This document shows, in pieces, positions 1 to 18,138 of a DNA stretch of 64,000 nt. Position numbers and translations under genes: made by a program. The stretch's first letter is position 1, and each line of letters opens with the position of its first letter. The DNA is from Vermamoeba vermiformis (taxonomy: Eukaryota). The notes below the pieces were generated by a model. It searched no databases, was not told where the DNA came from, and was given only the letters and a program-made list of their open reading frames with translations. The stretch lies in NCBI GenBank assembly GCA_045837725.1, contig JBEWZL010000124.1, forward strand, positions 434,001 through 498,000, written 5' to 3'.

Positions 1-1184
<1,184 letters not shown>

Positions 1185-1324
1185 GCGGCATTGGCCATCA
1201 CTTGTGCTTGTGGAGGACTGTTAGAGTCTGTCCAAACAAAGCCAAATAAAAGCATGTGACATGTACACGAGGGTATTGCGTTTAATTAGTATGATACAGG
1301 CATATATTTACTCGACAAGACTGC

Positions 1325-2985
1325 TTAGTACTTGTTCGTGCGCGTTGGTTTCCAGTTCAGCGGGTGACTCTCAGGCGTGGCCTCTTCGTCCTCGCGCCAC
1401 ACTTTGATGGACTTGTCAGCCTCGCACGTGAACAGACGCGAGCCAGTGCGATCGAACGTCGAAGCAAAGATGCCTGCTTCACTCTCCAACGAGCCTGGCT
1501 GCGGCTGCGTCTCCATGCGCTGAAAGTTGTAGCCGCTCTTCCAGTCCCAGAAGTACATGGTGCCGTTGTCCGCAGAACTGACGAGCACGCCTTCCTTGTT
1601 CACGGCGAGGGTGTTCACGATAGCTTTGTGGCCCGACAAGTTGCTCATGAACATGGCTTCAGGCAGCTTCCACTTCTTCACATTGTCCACACTCGCGGAT
1701 GCAAAGGTGTACTCGCTCGGATGCATCACCAGGGCACGCACTGCTTTCTTGTGATTGGTCAGCACGGTGCGCACTTTGCCCGCAGCCAAGTCCCAAGTAC
1801 GGATCTGACTGTCGTGCGAACCCGTGATGACTTGCGGGTCAGTGCTCTGCGTGAGAATGGAGTCGACAGCACCCGTGTGTCCGGCGAGACAGTGGATCTG
1901 CGACTTGGTGCGAATGTCCCACACGCGTGCAGTGGCATCACGACCCCCCGTGACGATGATGTCGATGGTCGGGTGCATGCTGATCGAGTAGACACCGCTC
2001 AAGTGTCCGTGGTAGTGTCGAATCACCTTGTTGTACTCGAGGTCCCAGCACAGCACCTTCTTGTCCTCGGCCACGGTGAACATGTACGGATGTCGATCGC
2101 TGATGGCAATGCCGCGCACAGGACCGATGTGATTGGGCAGCGTCAGCTTCAGCGTGCCAGTCGCGAGGTCCCAAATCTTCACCGTGTTGTCCGCTGCACC
2201 CGTCGCGAACCAGTCGTTGCTCTTGTCCACGGCAATCGAGCGCACCCAGCCTCCGTGGCCAGCAATCACGCGCATCAACTTCCACGGCGCGTGCCACACG
2301 GGCTTGATGGCTTCGGAGAGCTTGGGTCCGCGCAGAGCGAGTTGATTGACAGCTGTGGCACCGCCGCGGTAAATGTCGAGCACACCAGTGGCCACTTGCG
2401 GCTTGTTGGCGGAGGTGAGTGTGTTGAGCAGCTTGTTCATGGCACCGTCACTCACTTCACTGCGCTCGCTGGTGTCCTCGCTCAGTGACACGCCTGCAAG
2501 GGGGTGGTTAGTAGGGACTCGAATAGCGTGCGTGATATTATGCGAGGAATTATATGCAACTGTGCGCGCATGACGAAGAGGGTCAGCACGGAACAGAAAA
2601 TTAAGCAAATTACTGGATAATTCAATAAAAATAATATTATTATTATTAGTTTTTTCAAACACTTCGGACACGTACCAGGAGCTGAAGGAAAATCATGTAC
2701 GCCCATAATCTTAATTGAATTATTTTTTGGTTCCTCTGTGGCGTCTGTGATTACTGCATCTGTAATATTTGTGGTGGTTTCAGTGCCAGGCTGTACAGTG
2801 GGCATATCCTTAACACTTTCATATTCGCTGAATACTTTGGCTGCGACTTTCAATCGTTGAGTTTCATAATCATCGTCAGGTGTCTGATTCGCTCTAAACA
2901 CGTCGTAAGTGCGCTTCAAAGATCTGAGGCACAGTGACTGCAATTTGGGCTTTTGATATTCACGCTTATCTATATCTGTGCTCAT
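1325..2985 (-). CDS. PLRG1: Pleiotropic regulator 1 / Prp46 WD40 splicing factor (2 exons, intron ~2494-2675)
   Basis: [39 protein letters not shown] and [13 protein letters not shown]-terminal SLKRTYDVF exon. Confidence 0.95.
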
Positions 2986-3191
2986 GATTGCTGTGTTTAG
3001 GACTGATCTGTTGCCGTTTCTGTTTTAAGATCTGACGAAAAAGAAATGCGAAAGCAAAAACAAGTTGACCCCCAACAAGTGCTAAGAATTCTCTATCTAT
3101 AGCCAGAGAGAAGCGATCGACTCTTTTACAGCACTGCATAGATTGCTACAAATTGTACAGTTTTATTTACAAGCAGATGCTGCACTTTGCA

Positions 3192-4329
3192 TCAAAGAGA
3201 GGCCAAAGAAGAGAGCTTCTCTTGATACTCTGCGCACAACTGATACGATAGTTGTATCATATCGAACAACTGATCTAACAGCGGTGACTGACACTCGATC
3301 TGCGTCTGATCGGCAATTTCAAAGTGTTGATTCTGTTGGCGCAAGAAGAAAGTGGTCTTAGTGGAGGGTGCAGCGCCCTTCTTAGGTGTCGCAATGGGCA
3401 GCAACAAGTAGGAGCTGACGAGCAGCATCTTGTGCGCGACCGAGAACTCGAGCACGAGCTCGCGCGGCAGTGCAGGCTTGAAGGTGAACTGCGTGTGCAG
3501 CGAGGTGAGGAAGGTCGTGCGACTCGGCAACAGCAGCTGATCACTCGCGCTCTTGATGTGCTCGGACACGCGACCAATCAGCTTGCTCGCCAGCACTGCG
3601 TGGAAGTGGTCCATGCGCGTGTAGTGTTCCGTGGCGCGGTCAATGCGCTCCAATTCTTCGAGGGCCAGGCGCATGAAGTTGGCGCTGTTCTGGATCTGCA
3701 CCGCTGTCAGCACTGACACGTGTCAATCAAAATGAGGACGCACCTGTGTCAACTTCCACGGCTCAGAGGATTGAATGCAGGTCTTAGTCGCGGTGTTGGT
3801 CTTGGTGTTGGCAGTCTTGGGGAAGTTGATCTCGATCTCACCCTCTGTGAGGTGCCAGCTTGATAGCACGAGCGAACCCTTCAATATTTTGCTGTGTATT
3901 CATTAGGCGATGAATATGCGCAATGTATGACATACTCTTGTGATTCGAACTGTATCGGCTTTGAATACGCCGAAAGGGCTGGATCCGGATCTGATTATTG
4001 TGTTAAAAAAAGATCGCATCATTTGGAAATAATATTCTACCATCTTTGTTTGCTTCTTTTGGCATTATGAACGATAAACAGGCCTTTTAACCAGTTAGAT
4101 AAAATGTAAAATTATTTATTAAATAAATGATTTTTGCGGTACCTTAACAGCCGTTTTGATCTCCTCACAAATACTAGGAAATTCTTCGTGCACCAGCCAG
4201 GCAATTTCTCGTCTCTGTCAACAATTTAGACCAACCAATCTAGATGCAAGAAGAGTTTAGACTTACCAAGCTGGACCGCTCTAGTTGAATAACTTCATCG
4301 TTCTCCTCAAACACAGCGCTCTGTGCCAT
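3192..4329 (-). CDS. ROGDI: Rogdi/Rav2-family protein (multi-exon)
   Basis: QIQNSANFMRLALEEL and FKPALPRELVLEFSV resemble the Rogdi leucine-zipper family; ATG at 4329 followed by GT-AG introns. Confidence 0.7.
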
Positions 4330-4501
4330 TCTTGTCCTGAAACATAAATGCAATAGAAACGATTTGACTGAAATTTCACACCCTGACTTAACTGAAAGTT
4401 GAGTTAAGTCACGATTTGGTATTTTTCGTCTTTTTCTTCTCGTCCTGTTCCCTTTTACTTTGCTCCTTTCAGCGTAGAAGAAGACCAGCAAGTAATTAAA
4501 A

Positions 4502-5453
4502 ATGGTAAGGCATCAGTTAGTATTTAACTGATAAAAACACTGCATATCAGCTCACAAACCAACTTCGTATTATTAAACCGGTGGTCGATGCAGACAATCT
4601 GCGTGGTTATTGCGAGTCAACCGTGTTAATAATAATATTATTACTATTTGATACATCAATGCTTACGTGAATGATTCATATTGAATAATTATTAACCCCT
4701 ATAATTTAATAATCATATTATAATTATAAATAACATTTGTAATAATCTAATAATTATTTCAGGCCACTAAGGATAAGACCGAGAATGTTATGCGTCAACT
4801 CAAAATCGCCAAGGTTATTGTCAACCTTTGTGTCGGAGAATCTGGTGATCGTTTGACCAAGGCCGCCAAGGTCGTCGAACAATTGACCGAACAAAAGCCC
4901 GTCTACTCCAAGGGTGCGTAAATTACACCAATAATTAGTGCAGCATTGAATTAATGGAATTTTACAGCTCGTTACACCATCCGTTCTTTTGGTATCAGAC
5001 GTAACGAACAAATCGCTGTCCACGCTACCGTCCGTGGTGAAAAGGCCCGCGAAATCCTCGAAAAGGCCTTGAAGGTCAAGGAATTCGAGTTGAACGTAAG
5101 TAGCTGAATCCAAAAAAAATTATTATTTTTAATTAATTTTGGTGGGCGAAACTAGTTGTCTAACTTGCTAAATTAAATAGGAGGAGAACTTCGCTGACAA
5201 CGGCAACTTCGGTTTCGGCATTAAAGAACACATCGATCTCGGTATTAAGTACGATCCTAGCATTGGTATCTACGGTATGGATATCTTCGTTGTCTTGGAA
5301 CGCGCTGGTGTCAGAGTCAGCCGAAGAAAGAGACGAGTTGGCGTTGTTGGAATTAAGCAACGCGTCACAAAGAAAGAGTCCATCAAGTGGTTCGTCGATA
5401 CTTTTGAAGGTGTTATCAGATCCAAGGGCAAGATCCAACAAAAACTCGAATAA
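4502..5453 (+). CDS. RPL11: 60S ribosomal protein L11 (uL5); ATG-only first coding exon, 3 introns
   Basis: Spliced translation contains [31 protein letters not shown] and [27 protein letters not shown]. Confidence 0.97.
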
Positions 5454-5672
5454 ACAGCTGGTCAGAATTTCTATCAAATAAAAAAAAATTAAAATCGAAA
5501 AACGATTTTTTTGTACAACCCCTGTCTATGTTAATATTCCTGGTTAATTTCTTCTTACTTCAACTTGGACACTTTTTGACGTCGGCCCAAAACTCTGTTT
5601 ATTTCTTTAGTTTGACTATGTCAAGCACAACTAAATCATCTTTATCACTTCATGTAAATACAAATAACTAGT

Positions 5673-7576
5673 ATGGAATATCGGTTGTATATTTTCCTTT
5701 TACTCGCCGTGGTGGCGTCAATTCCTCTTTGCTCATCTACAATTGTTGATCTGGACGACTTGGAGGTAACGATAACAAAATTTGGTATCTACAGTTACTA
5801 ATAAAACTGTAGCTCGAAGTTTCATCAGCAGACAAGCAAAGCGAAATATGGCTGTATCAAAATATGTATTCTTTGGAGGATGCACCTTCTGGTTCAGAAG
5901 AACCTTTCGTAGAGATTTATGGTATGATATTATTTGAAAAATAATAATTATTGTATCACCCGTGAGCAGCCAGTGCTCAAATCCGTAAAATCGCAAAAGT
6001 CTGACATGGCGTGCTTGCAGTGCAGGCCGAGTTCAAAGCAGCAGGCAGTGTGACGAGCATGATACTGCCCGAGTGGAATGCTGTGAAGAGTGTCGGTCAG
6101 AACGGCGCACTCTGCTGCACCGAGGAGCTGAAGGGGCAGGGCATGTGCGACAAGGACGGAGTTATCATTCTGCGCCCCTATGAAGGAGCGCGCGAGATTC
6201 GAACACTCCAGTACACGGGCAGTGGCGAGCACGAGTTCAGCTCCACGGTGCGCTACAATGTGACGAGCAGCGGCCCCGTGTACGTGATCATCGTGCACTG
6301 CAGCGACAAGATGGACACGGTGAAGATCGAGGGCTACATTCAGTGGTTCAATCCGTACGGTGAACTGCCTGGCAATGTCTATCCCGTGCTGCCCTTCACT
6401 GGCACCATGGCCCTGCTGTACCTGTTGTGTCTCTTGCCCTATCTCTATCTCATGCGCAAGTACCGCGGCACACTGCTCAAGCTGCAGTACGCGATTGGTT
6501 TTGTCATACTGTTAGGCATCATTGAGATGGGCTCCATGTGGATCTACTACATGGTGCTCAACAGAGACGGACATCACGTGTCAGGAGCGTTGGTCATTGC
6601 ACTGCTGTTCAGCAACATCAAAAAAGCACTCTCACGCGTGCTGGTCTTGTTGGTGGCCATGGGATTCGGACTCGTCAAGTACGTGCAGTGCGCTAGGCTC
6701 TGTATTTAGGTGCGATTAGTACTAACGCGTGGTTGATGTGCAGGTGGACGCTCGGCACCACGAAGTATCAAGTCGCATCGCTCGGCGTGGTAAGTCAATG
6801 AGCCGCGCACTGCGTCTATATTCAGCCCTCACTAACCACACTGGCGCAGCTCTACTTTGGCTTCTCCTTGGCCTATGACATCTCTGATTACCGCATGAAC
6901 AACGAAGTGATTCACGCTCGCGAGGGCAACACCTCGTTTGGTGACCTGTTGGTGGTGGTGATACTCGCAGTGCTCGACACGGCATTTCTGTGGTGGATCT
7001 TCTTGTCGCTCATTCGCCTCTTGCAACAACTCACTCTGCGCCGTCAAGTGCTCAAGCTGCAGCTCTACAAGCGCGTGTTGGCAGTGCTCGGTGTGGGTGC
7101 CGCGCTGAGTGTGTTCGTCGTGGTCACGCAGCTCATCGTGGTGTCGGTGGCAGGTGGCAATGATCGCGTCAACTGGCGCACTTGGTGGTTGTGGAGTGCA
7201 TTCTGGTCCGTGTTGTACTGGGCCATATTGGTGACCATTTCGTTCCTGTTCAGACCGCGCAGCAACAACATGCGCTACGGTCACGCAGAGATCTACGACA
7301 CGGAGGACGAGACGGCGAGCAGCGGTGTGGCGCTCAATGCCCTCACTGCGTACGGAGATGTGACGCAGCGTGTGGACTCACCTAAGGGCTCACACTACGA
7401 GAGTGAACGCGAGAAGAACATCAAAGAAACTTCGCAATCGCGTCTCTTGGACAAGTAAGTCATTGTTTGCTTCGAGGCCCAGATCTAAACTGATCACTCG
7501 CAGGGTGGCATCGTCATTCAGCTTGGCAGATGATGAAGATGATCCAACATTGACTGAGATCAGCAAACTTGATTGA
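5673..7576 (+). CDS. GOST family seven-TM protein (TMEM87/GPR107, lung 7TM receptor-like)
   Basis: Signal-peptide-like N-terminus; WFNPYGELPG, KKALSRVLVLLVAMGFGLVK, FLFRPRSNNMRYG; multiple TM helices. Confidence 0.85.
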
Positions 7577-7744
7577 GTTAAATAAATAACACGTAACAAT
7601 CAGTTCCCTTCGCGTTCACAAATCACATTGAATTTTCATGAAATTCCCGGCCACGTGTCCTCGAGAACCTTCTTTTGTGAAAGGACGCGGCTTGTTTGGT
7701 CATTTTTACATTTCTTTCGCGAGAATACAACACACTCAATCATA

Positions 7745-9290
<1,546 letters not shown>

Positions 9291-9497
9291 GCGCGTGTAA
9301 TAAAGAAGTATCGTAGCATTGTAACGGTGGGTTCTTGTACTATTATGAGCACGTGTCGGGGAATTAATCACGTGCTGCCTCTGGAAATTTCAGTGCAGTT
9401 GGTGACAGAAATGGAGTGCCGAGGACTGTGACAAGTATGTGCACAGTACTGCATTGAACGAGCACATCAGCTGTAGTTAATTAGAGCAGTCAGGGCT

Positions 9498-11192
9498 ATG
9501 TATTCGCAGTTTTTTATACTCTCCCTGCGCGGTGACACCCTCATCTTCAAGGACTGTAAGTTTACATACATTAATATTTATATGATTGTAATTGAGCTAC
9601 AAATGCACGTTATGTATTAATTTAATTAAATGCGACTGGCTATGGCAATCAACCGATTATTTGAAATATTTTGGTGATTGACGTGCGAAATAATGAAATA
9701 GAAGCTTCTACAACAATATACGTCATTATTCACATCAATAATGCAGCATTGTAATTAATGTTATTAATACGCGTCCAGATCGCGGTGATGCAGTCAAAAA
9801 TGCAGCAGAAATATTCTACGGTGTAATCTCGAAGCTCAAAGAAGAGAGCAATCCCATATTTGTAAGTAGCGATCACATATTATTAGTCTCGTCCATGCTA
9901 AACAAGTGACATTAGCACGTGGACGGAGTGCAGTACATCTACATGAAAAACAACGGCATGTATTTTGTGTTCACCACTAAGCGCAATGTGTCGCCTATCA
10001 TGTCCATTGAACTCTTAGAGCGCATTGCACAGCTCGTCAAGGACTACTGCGGTGTAGTGACCGAAGAGACGATCCGCAAGAACTTTGTGCTCATCTACGA
10101 GCTGTTAGACGAGATTATGGACCACGGCTATCCACAAGGCACCTCCACCGAGAAAGTGCGCGCCTTTGTGCTCAACACCCCCGAGTACAAGCAGCCCAAA
10201 CAGCCCAAGCACGGCTCCCTGGGCGGCAAGACCACACCTGGTGCCACGGCCAACAAGCCCATCACTGAAGAGGGTGCCAACAACGAGATCTACATCGATC
10301 TGCTCGAGAACATGACCGTGCTGTTCGGTGCTAATGGCAATCTGCTCAACTCGGAGCTCGAGGGCGTGGTCAAGATCCGCTCATTTCTCAAAGGCAATCC
10401 CGAGCTGCGCTTAGGACTGAACGAAGACATCAGCTTGAGCAGTGCTGCGCGCGATCTCAATTACAGAACGAGTGGCGGCATATGGCTCGAGAACTGCGCA
10501 TTCAACGAGATTGTCAACACCTCCGCGTGGGATGCAGATCGCGCACTGATTTTCAAGCCCCCCGAAGGCGAGTTCATTCTCTTGCAGTACCGCGTCGACA
10601 CGCAGCTCACGTCATTTGTGCCGCCATTCCGTGTGTTGCCTTATTTGGAAGTCTCGGACTCCACTCACGCTGAATTTTACATCAAGGTACGTCCATTGAC
10701 ACGTGTCACGCACCAGTTGACATATTTGCAGATTCGCGCAGACATTGCCAAACAATTCTTCGGCAACAACGTCACAGTCAAGTGTCACGTGCCGCGCTCG
10801 ACATTGAGGTACAGTGCATTGAAATTCCGCTCAAATCACGTGACTAATCAAGTGTCAGTGCTCACTGCGAGGTGTTCGACGAGACCAATCAAGCGGACCA
10901 ATCAGGACTGGACTACATCGCGCAGGACAAGCAGATTGTGTGGGTGATCAAAAAGTTCACTGGCGGCAGCGAATTGACACTGCGCGTCAAAGTGTCACTC
11001 AGCACTGACATTGCGCAATGCAAGCGCGAGTTTGGTCCCGTGTCGGTGTCATTTGAACTGCCGATGATGGTGTGCTCCAACCTCACGATTCGCTACTTGA
11101 AGCAGAATGAATACACCAAAGAGGCTGCGCCGCTCAGGTGGGTCAGATCCATCACGCAGTCCTCGTCGTATGTCACGCGCATTCCTGTCTAA
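9498..11192 (+). CDS. AP4M1: Adaptor complex medium subunit, AP-4 mu type
   Basis: MYSQFFILSLRGDTLIFKDYRGD start typical of mu4; IRKNFVLIYELLDEIMDHGYPQ; C-terminal RWVRSITQSSSYVTRI. Confidence 0.85.
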
Positions 11193-11399
11193 CCCTCTTA
11201 TTCTTGTGCATAAATACCACTTTATACTACACACTCTTTATGAATTGATGTAAACACTCACTGTATACATCACTAATAGAATCAAGCTCGTGCGCTACAG
11301 TTCGATTACAAAAACAAATTTACATTAAACATTAAACACTTGCAGCGCTGATGTCAAACAATGAATTAATAATAATACTGTACACTAATCACCAGCTGT

Positions 11400-14300
11400 C
11401 TATTTCTCTTGCAAGAAGTTGGTGAATGCTGCTTTGAGCACCAGTGACTCGACTTCAATTTGCGCGTCGTTGAACAGATCTGGTCCGATTCCTCCTTCGC
11501 GCACTGATTGCTTAATCTCGCGCATTCGATCTTCGTCGAGTGAGCTGAGATAATGATCTGAGTCCATATTGAAGTACTGCTCCATAATTTCTTTGGCTTT
11601 GATTGTCAGTTGCGGGTCATTGGCTGGAATCTTTTTGAACAGCTCCACCTCTGTGAGAATTAGTGTTAGATGCGAGGTCACTAGTGTGACACGTGTCACA
11701 TTCAGCAACGACTTGCCTTTGCAAAACATGAGGTTCTCCACGTTTTTAGCCTTGACCATGTAGGCCTTGAACTTGTCGAACAAATTCTTCTCGGCCCAAA
11801 TGTCGCTCAGTGTCACTGGGCCCGCACCGCTCTTCTTGCTCGATTTCTTGTCTTTGCTGCCCTTCTTCTTCTTGTCGCCTGGTGATGAGCTCGCCAAGTC
11901 CTCGTCCTTCTCTGCTGTCGCTGATCGTTCTTGCAGCTCGCGCTCAGAGAGAATGCGTGCTTGGTGCGGCAGTGCGAGCAAGAACGATGTGATTTGCAAG
12001 TCCTCTTCGAAGGCGTAGGGCACTTTTTGGAATCGAATGACATCGCCGAACACTTTGGCCAGCATGGTCATCTTCTCCCAATTGACGTACTCTTGCTTGT
12101 CGCCCTCGCGATCGGGCAGTTCTTCAATGTACACGAGATCTCCGAGGATGAAGCCTTGCACGGGCACACAGGACTGCTGCACATTCTCGAGCATGTCGCG
12201 ATAGATCTTGTAGTTCTGCGTGGTGGAGAGCAAGTGCTGAATGGACTTGAAGGTCGTGAGGGTCTTGCTGTCCAGCTCCGCCCAGCTCTTCTTGAGACGA
12301 GTGACGTACGAGTAATTGAGTGCCGCGTAGATCTGCATCATGCCGTTGAAGTTGCACTCTTGACGCAACTCGTCCATGATCTGAATGAAGCGTGTCAGCA
12401 CCTTGGCGCGCTCTTTGCTGTTGGGTGAGAGCACAATCTCCGTGGCCACCCAGTACGTCATTTGATTGAACCGCTCCGTGGCCTTGACGACTGGCGTCAC
12501 ATCGTCCGCGTGATTGGACTCGTTGCTCTTGCTCAACAGATTGCCGGAACTGCCCTCGCGCGTCATTTTAGGACTGGCAGGCAGGTGCGAGACCGAGCTC
12601 TGTTTCTTCAACTGATCTTTTTCGAACTGCTTGCGGAAGTAATTGGAGAGCGGAATGTTTTTGAACATGTAGAAGTCCACCAAGCACATGTTGCGCACGA
12701 ATTCTTTCACGGGGAAGTCCATGATTGATTTGGGCTTCAAATTGCCACTCTCTCCCGCACTGCGCGCACCCGTCAGCTGCGTCGGATTGGACGCTGCGGG
12801 CACTCTGAAGGACTTGCGAATGAACTCGCTTTGTTGTCGCTGACACGTGTCAATATTCATCGTGTCAAAGTGTCAAACAGCGGTACGTACCATCAATTTC
12901 TTCAAGTGTGCTGCCCAGCTGCGCTCGCGGTCACCCTTGGTGGCCAACTGTTTCAAGAAGCGCAGCAGTGCGTTGTGCCACTCTTTGTTGCGCTTGAGCT
13001 CGGTGTACTTCATCTCGAGCCACTTCTTGAGCACATTGATCACCCTAGTGGCACGCGGTCAGTCCTCAGTCACGCGCAGCACCGAGGTCAGTACGTACCG
13101 CAGTTGAATGAACAGCTTGGCGCGCTCTTCTGCTTCAGGCTCCGCGGGCTTGACACGCAGTTTGGGCAGGCGGAACTGCGAGATCAACATGCGCAGAAAG
13201 GTCACGCTGTCCGTCCAGTACTCGTACGTCAGCAGGAATGTGTCCACAAAGTCCTTGTCTGCGGGGCGGTCAGTCTGATTTCCTAATTAGGCAAGTACTC
13301 ACCCTGGTAGACAGTCGAGTCCGCCAGCATGTACACCAGGGCAGAGGGCGTGGCTGATTTGATCACTTTAGCACCGCGTCTATCCTTCCACACAATGGCG
13401 TTGTCCGCGAGTGGATCTTGCGCGCCGTTCAGTGAATCATCCTCCACGTGACTGATCGACTCTTGCTCGCTGTCTTCGGTCAAGTCAATCGAGGCTGAGA
13501 GCGGATCATCTGATGAGAAACTGCCCCACGACAACTCGTCCTGCATTGGTCGTCAGTCACGTGCGCAGCGATGGATTGCCTAATTAGGTAATTACCTCAC
13601 CGAGATCTTTGCCGTTGTGCAGTCCCCACGTGCCAGAGAGTCGCCAGTCGGTGGAAGTCGAGTCCGCGTCAGACAGCAATCTCGGACTCTTCGGAGATGG
13701 CTCCGACTGCACGCCGTTGCCGTCACTTTCCTTATTTGGTTCTGCCTCCCAGCTGTGCATGCTCGGCTCAGTCACGCGACGACGGCGCATTCGTGCCTCG
13801 TTCAACAATTCATCGCGCACTTCTTTGAAGGTCTCGACCACCGTTCTGTGAACAAATGCGTTATTAATCAGTGTTCGCTAACGTGTCGTGCAGTGGATCT
13901 TGGTGCGATCTTCAATTTGACACCTTGACATTTCACAGGCCAATAAAAAATTTATTATAACCACGAGAAATAGAAATTAGTAAATACCCCAAATAGGAGC
14001 AGTGTTATTGTATATGTTGCAATTTAATAATAAAACTAACTTGATAGCGCGTCAGTGATTGAATAACAATAAAAAAATCTTCGAGCGGGGGTGTCAATAA
14101 AAATTAAATTTTGAATAATAATCACTATTTCTCGTAGTTACAATAGGCCGTGTATCATCATATAATCACCGGTATCATATATGCATGTTCCACTGCATTA
14201 CCTAGACACCGGATTTCCGTCAGTTCGTTTTGGATTTTCGTTTGGCTTATTAACATTGAGTTTGATAACTTTAGGCACAGGTGAGGGTGGTGATGTGCTA

Positions 14301-14443
14301 TTTGCCATATTTTCTGTTGAGCCTGGTCCTGAATTACTTTTCTTTTCAACAGATTTGCTCGGCGTTAAGTTCTTCCTGCTGGTCTTCTTCTCTAATTTAC
14401 CGATCGACGCTGGATCATCGCTACTGCTCGTCTTACTGCTCAT
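11400..14443 (-). CDS. Ras guanine-nucleotide exchange factor (REM + CDC25) with C-terminal RGS domain
   Basis: DKDFVDTFLLTY (REM); FNQMTYWVATEI, CNFNGMMQIYAAL, VNWEK (CDC25); ENLMFCKEVELFK...AKEIMEQYF...LFNDAQ (RGS). Confidence 0.85.
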
Positions 14444-14873
14444 GATTATGGTGCTAGTGTGCTATCAATCGTCTGGTCATGAGTTATTTTTATTTGGCGT
14501 GAATGACACTTCAGGTTCGCCTGTCAAAAAAAAAACTTGTCCTACCGCGTGCAATCACATTCAATAGTACTCATATGACATTAAAAACACTAAGCACGCT
14601 ATTATATGTTATAATTTCTAACTTGCAATGCTCTTTACAACTTTCCAAGATTAATTAACAGATGTGTCAAGTAAATCATCACATGCTTGTAAGATACTCA
14701 TATATTCAACGCTTATTGTAACTCCATTATATTTAAACAGCATTGATGGGGTCGGAATAACTCTTCGAATTTAATTTTGTATTCTGATCCTGCCGCGAGC
14801 ACCGGTCCGCAGATCTTCCGAGCATGAGATAGCAAACACTAGCTATATATTGCATTTACATAAGGCTACATGA

Positions 14874-15802
14874 CTAGTAGTTGTACTCTTTATTTACATC
14901 ATTGGCGGCTGCTTTCTCTTCGAGCAGCTTGGCGAGCTTGCTCTTTTGTTTGTCCTTGACGATGTTCTGATAGCTGCGATTGTAGTAGTTCATCGCACTA
15001 TTAGCACCACTCTCTATTAGTAGTTCAATGCACTCGCGACTGTGCTTCAAACTCTCTTGCAGCAACCGATCGTCTTCAACGCGAAATTTACTCAACACAA
15101 ACGGCTTGAGATCTTTCATTTCCTAGCCACACGGTTAGAAAATACCATGCCTATTGTGCAGTAGCATACCTTGGGCACGGGACCCACACCCATAGCGAGG
15201 CGTGGGAACTGATCTGTTTTGAGCAGATCGATAATGTTTTGAACTCCATTCTGACCTCCTGAACTGCCCTTCGACCGCAGTCTAATGTCTCCTATCGGCA
15301 AGTGTATATTATCGAACACTATGATGCTGCAATAGTCGTTAGTGCAAATACAATTGACCGTGAATTCATTCATACCACCGATCGAGATCCAGCTTGAAAT
15401 AATCGACAAATTGTTTGACGGCAGTGCCACTTAAATTCATATATGTCATAGGCTCAACTAAGATCACTGGCTGACCTTTGATTTGACCCTCTGTACTGAA
15501 TATAATTATTTTTGAATTACAACCGTCAATGTTTTAAAGGCCGCTGCTATTAGTTGCCAATAATACATACCTCCATAGACGCTATTAAATTTATTACGAG
15601 ACAATTTAATATTGTGTTCTTGCGCGATGTGTTCTATGGCCAGGAATCCTATATTGTGACGCGTGTGTTGATATTCAGATCCAGGATTGCCCAGGCCCAC
15701 CAACAAATAGGGTTTTCTAGCAGGCGTTGAATATGGTCGAGTGAGACTCGCCTTTTTGGGCTTAATTAATTTCCTGCGCAGTACGTGTGCTACTGTGTTC
15801 AT
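14874..15802 (-). CDS. PTRH1: Bacterial-type peptidyl-tRNA hydrolase, probably mitochondrial
   Basis: [39 protein letters not shown]; basic N-terminal presequence. Confidence 0.9.
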
Positions 15803-16069
15803 CGCGGATGTGACACTGCTGTTGTTGCCTGAATTCTACCTTGTGCAGCACAATACTGTTATTATCGTATTATAGGAGTACTTTGAGCCATAAATAAGTT
15901 TTTTATTGCAATTACAAATACAACAGTTAATCACTAAGCAATAACAGTGAGGGAAAATTGTACAGATGTGGTTCGATTAGGGATCAAGTGTTTCTTAAAT
16001 AAGTTAAATAAGGTGTTATATTATCTCTAATTAATACCTCGCACGTGACGAGTGTGTCAATGGGACGGC

Positions 16070-17694
<1,625 letters not shown>

Positions 17695-18138
17695 TGTGTT
17701 AGTGAGATATCTGTGAGATTAATCGATTAAAATTTTGAATTGAAAACTTGACGGTTGATGATGACCGTTACGCACTGGACTAGCACCGTGAATAGGCGCG
17801 GCTGTATTATGCACCGTCATGACTAGTGTACTTGTACTCAATTTGACACCGGGAATAGGCGGTCTTGGGCAATCTGACTTTGAGTCCGGATGGTTCGGTC
17901 AGCCCGATTACGCATGCCCGAGTACTTGTTGAATTTACTCCACCAACCTACGCATATAATAGGGCACAATCGGGTCTTAAGTTGATTCTTATTCTTTTTC
18001 GGCGTCATTTTCGCTTTCGTCAAAAATGCCTTGTTATTCACAAATCTTGTTGTATAGACTAGACTTACCATGTATTTTAATATATAGATTTATTTTATAA
18101 CGTTGATATCAAGCAAGTGTATGATATACTTTATTTAA

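Noticed and set aside
1364-2488. Long antisense ORFs (also 8244-9371, 171-785, 62455-63051)
   Set aside because: Shadow ORFs from C/G-ending codon bias opposite conserved genes
4511-4535. ATCAGTTA/TAACTGAT hairpin near the RPL11 first donor (autoregulation?)
   Set aside because: An 8-bp AT-rich stem is compatible with chance; no conservation evidence
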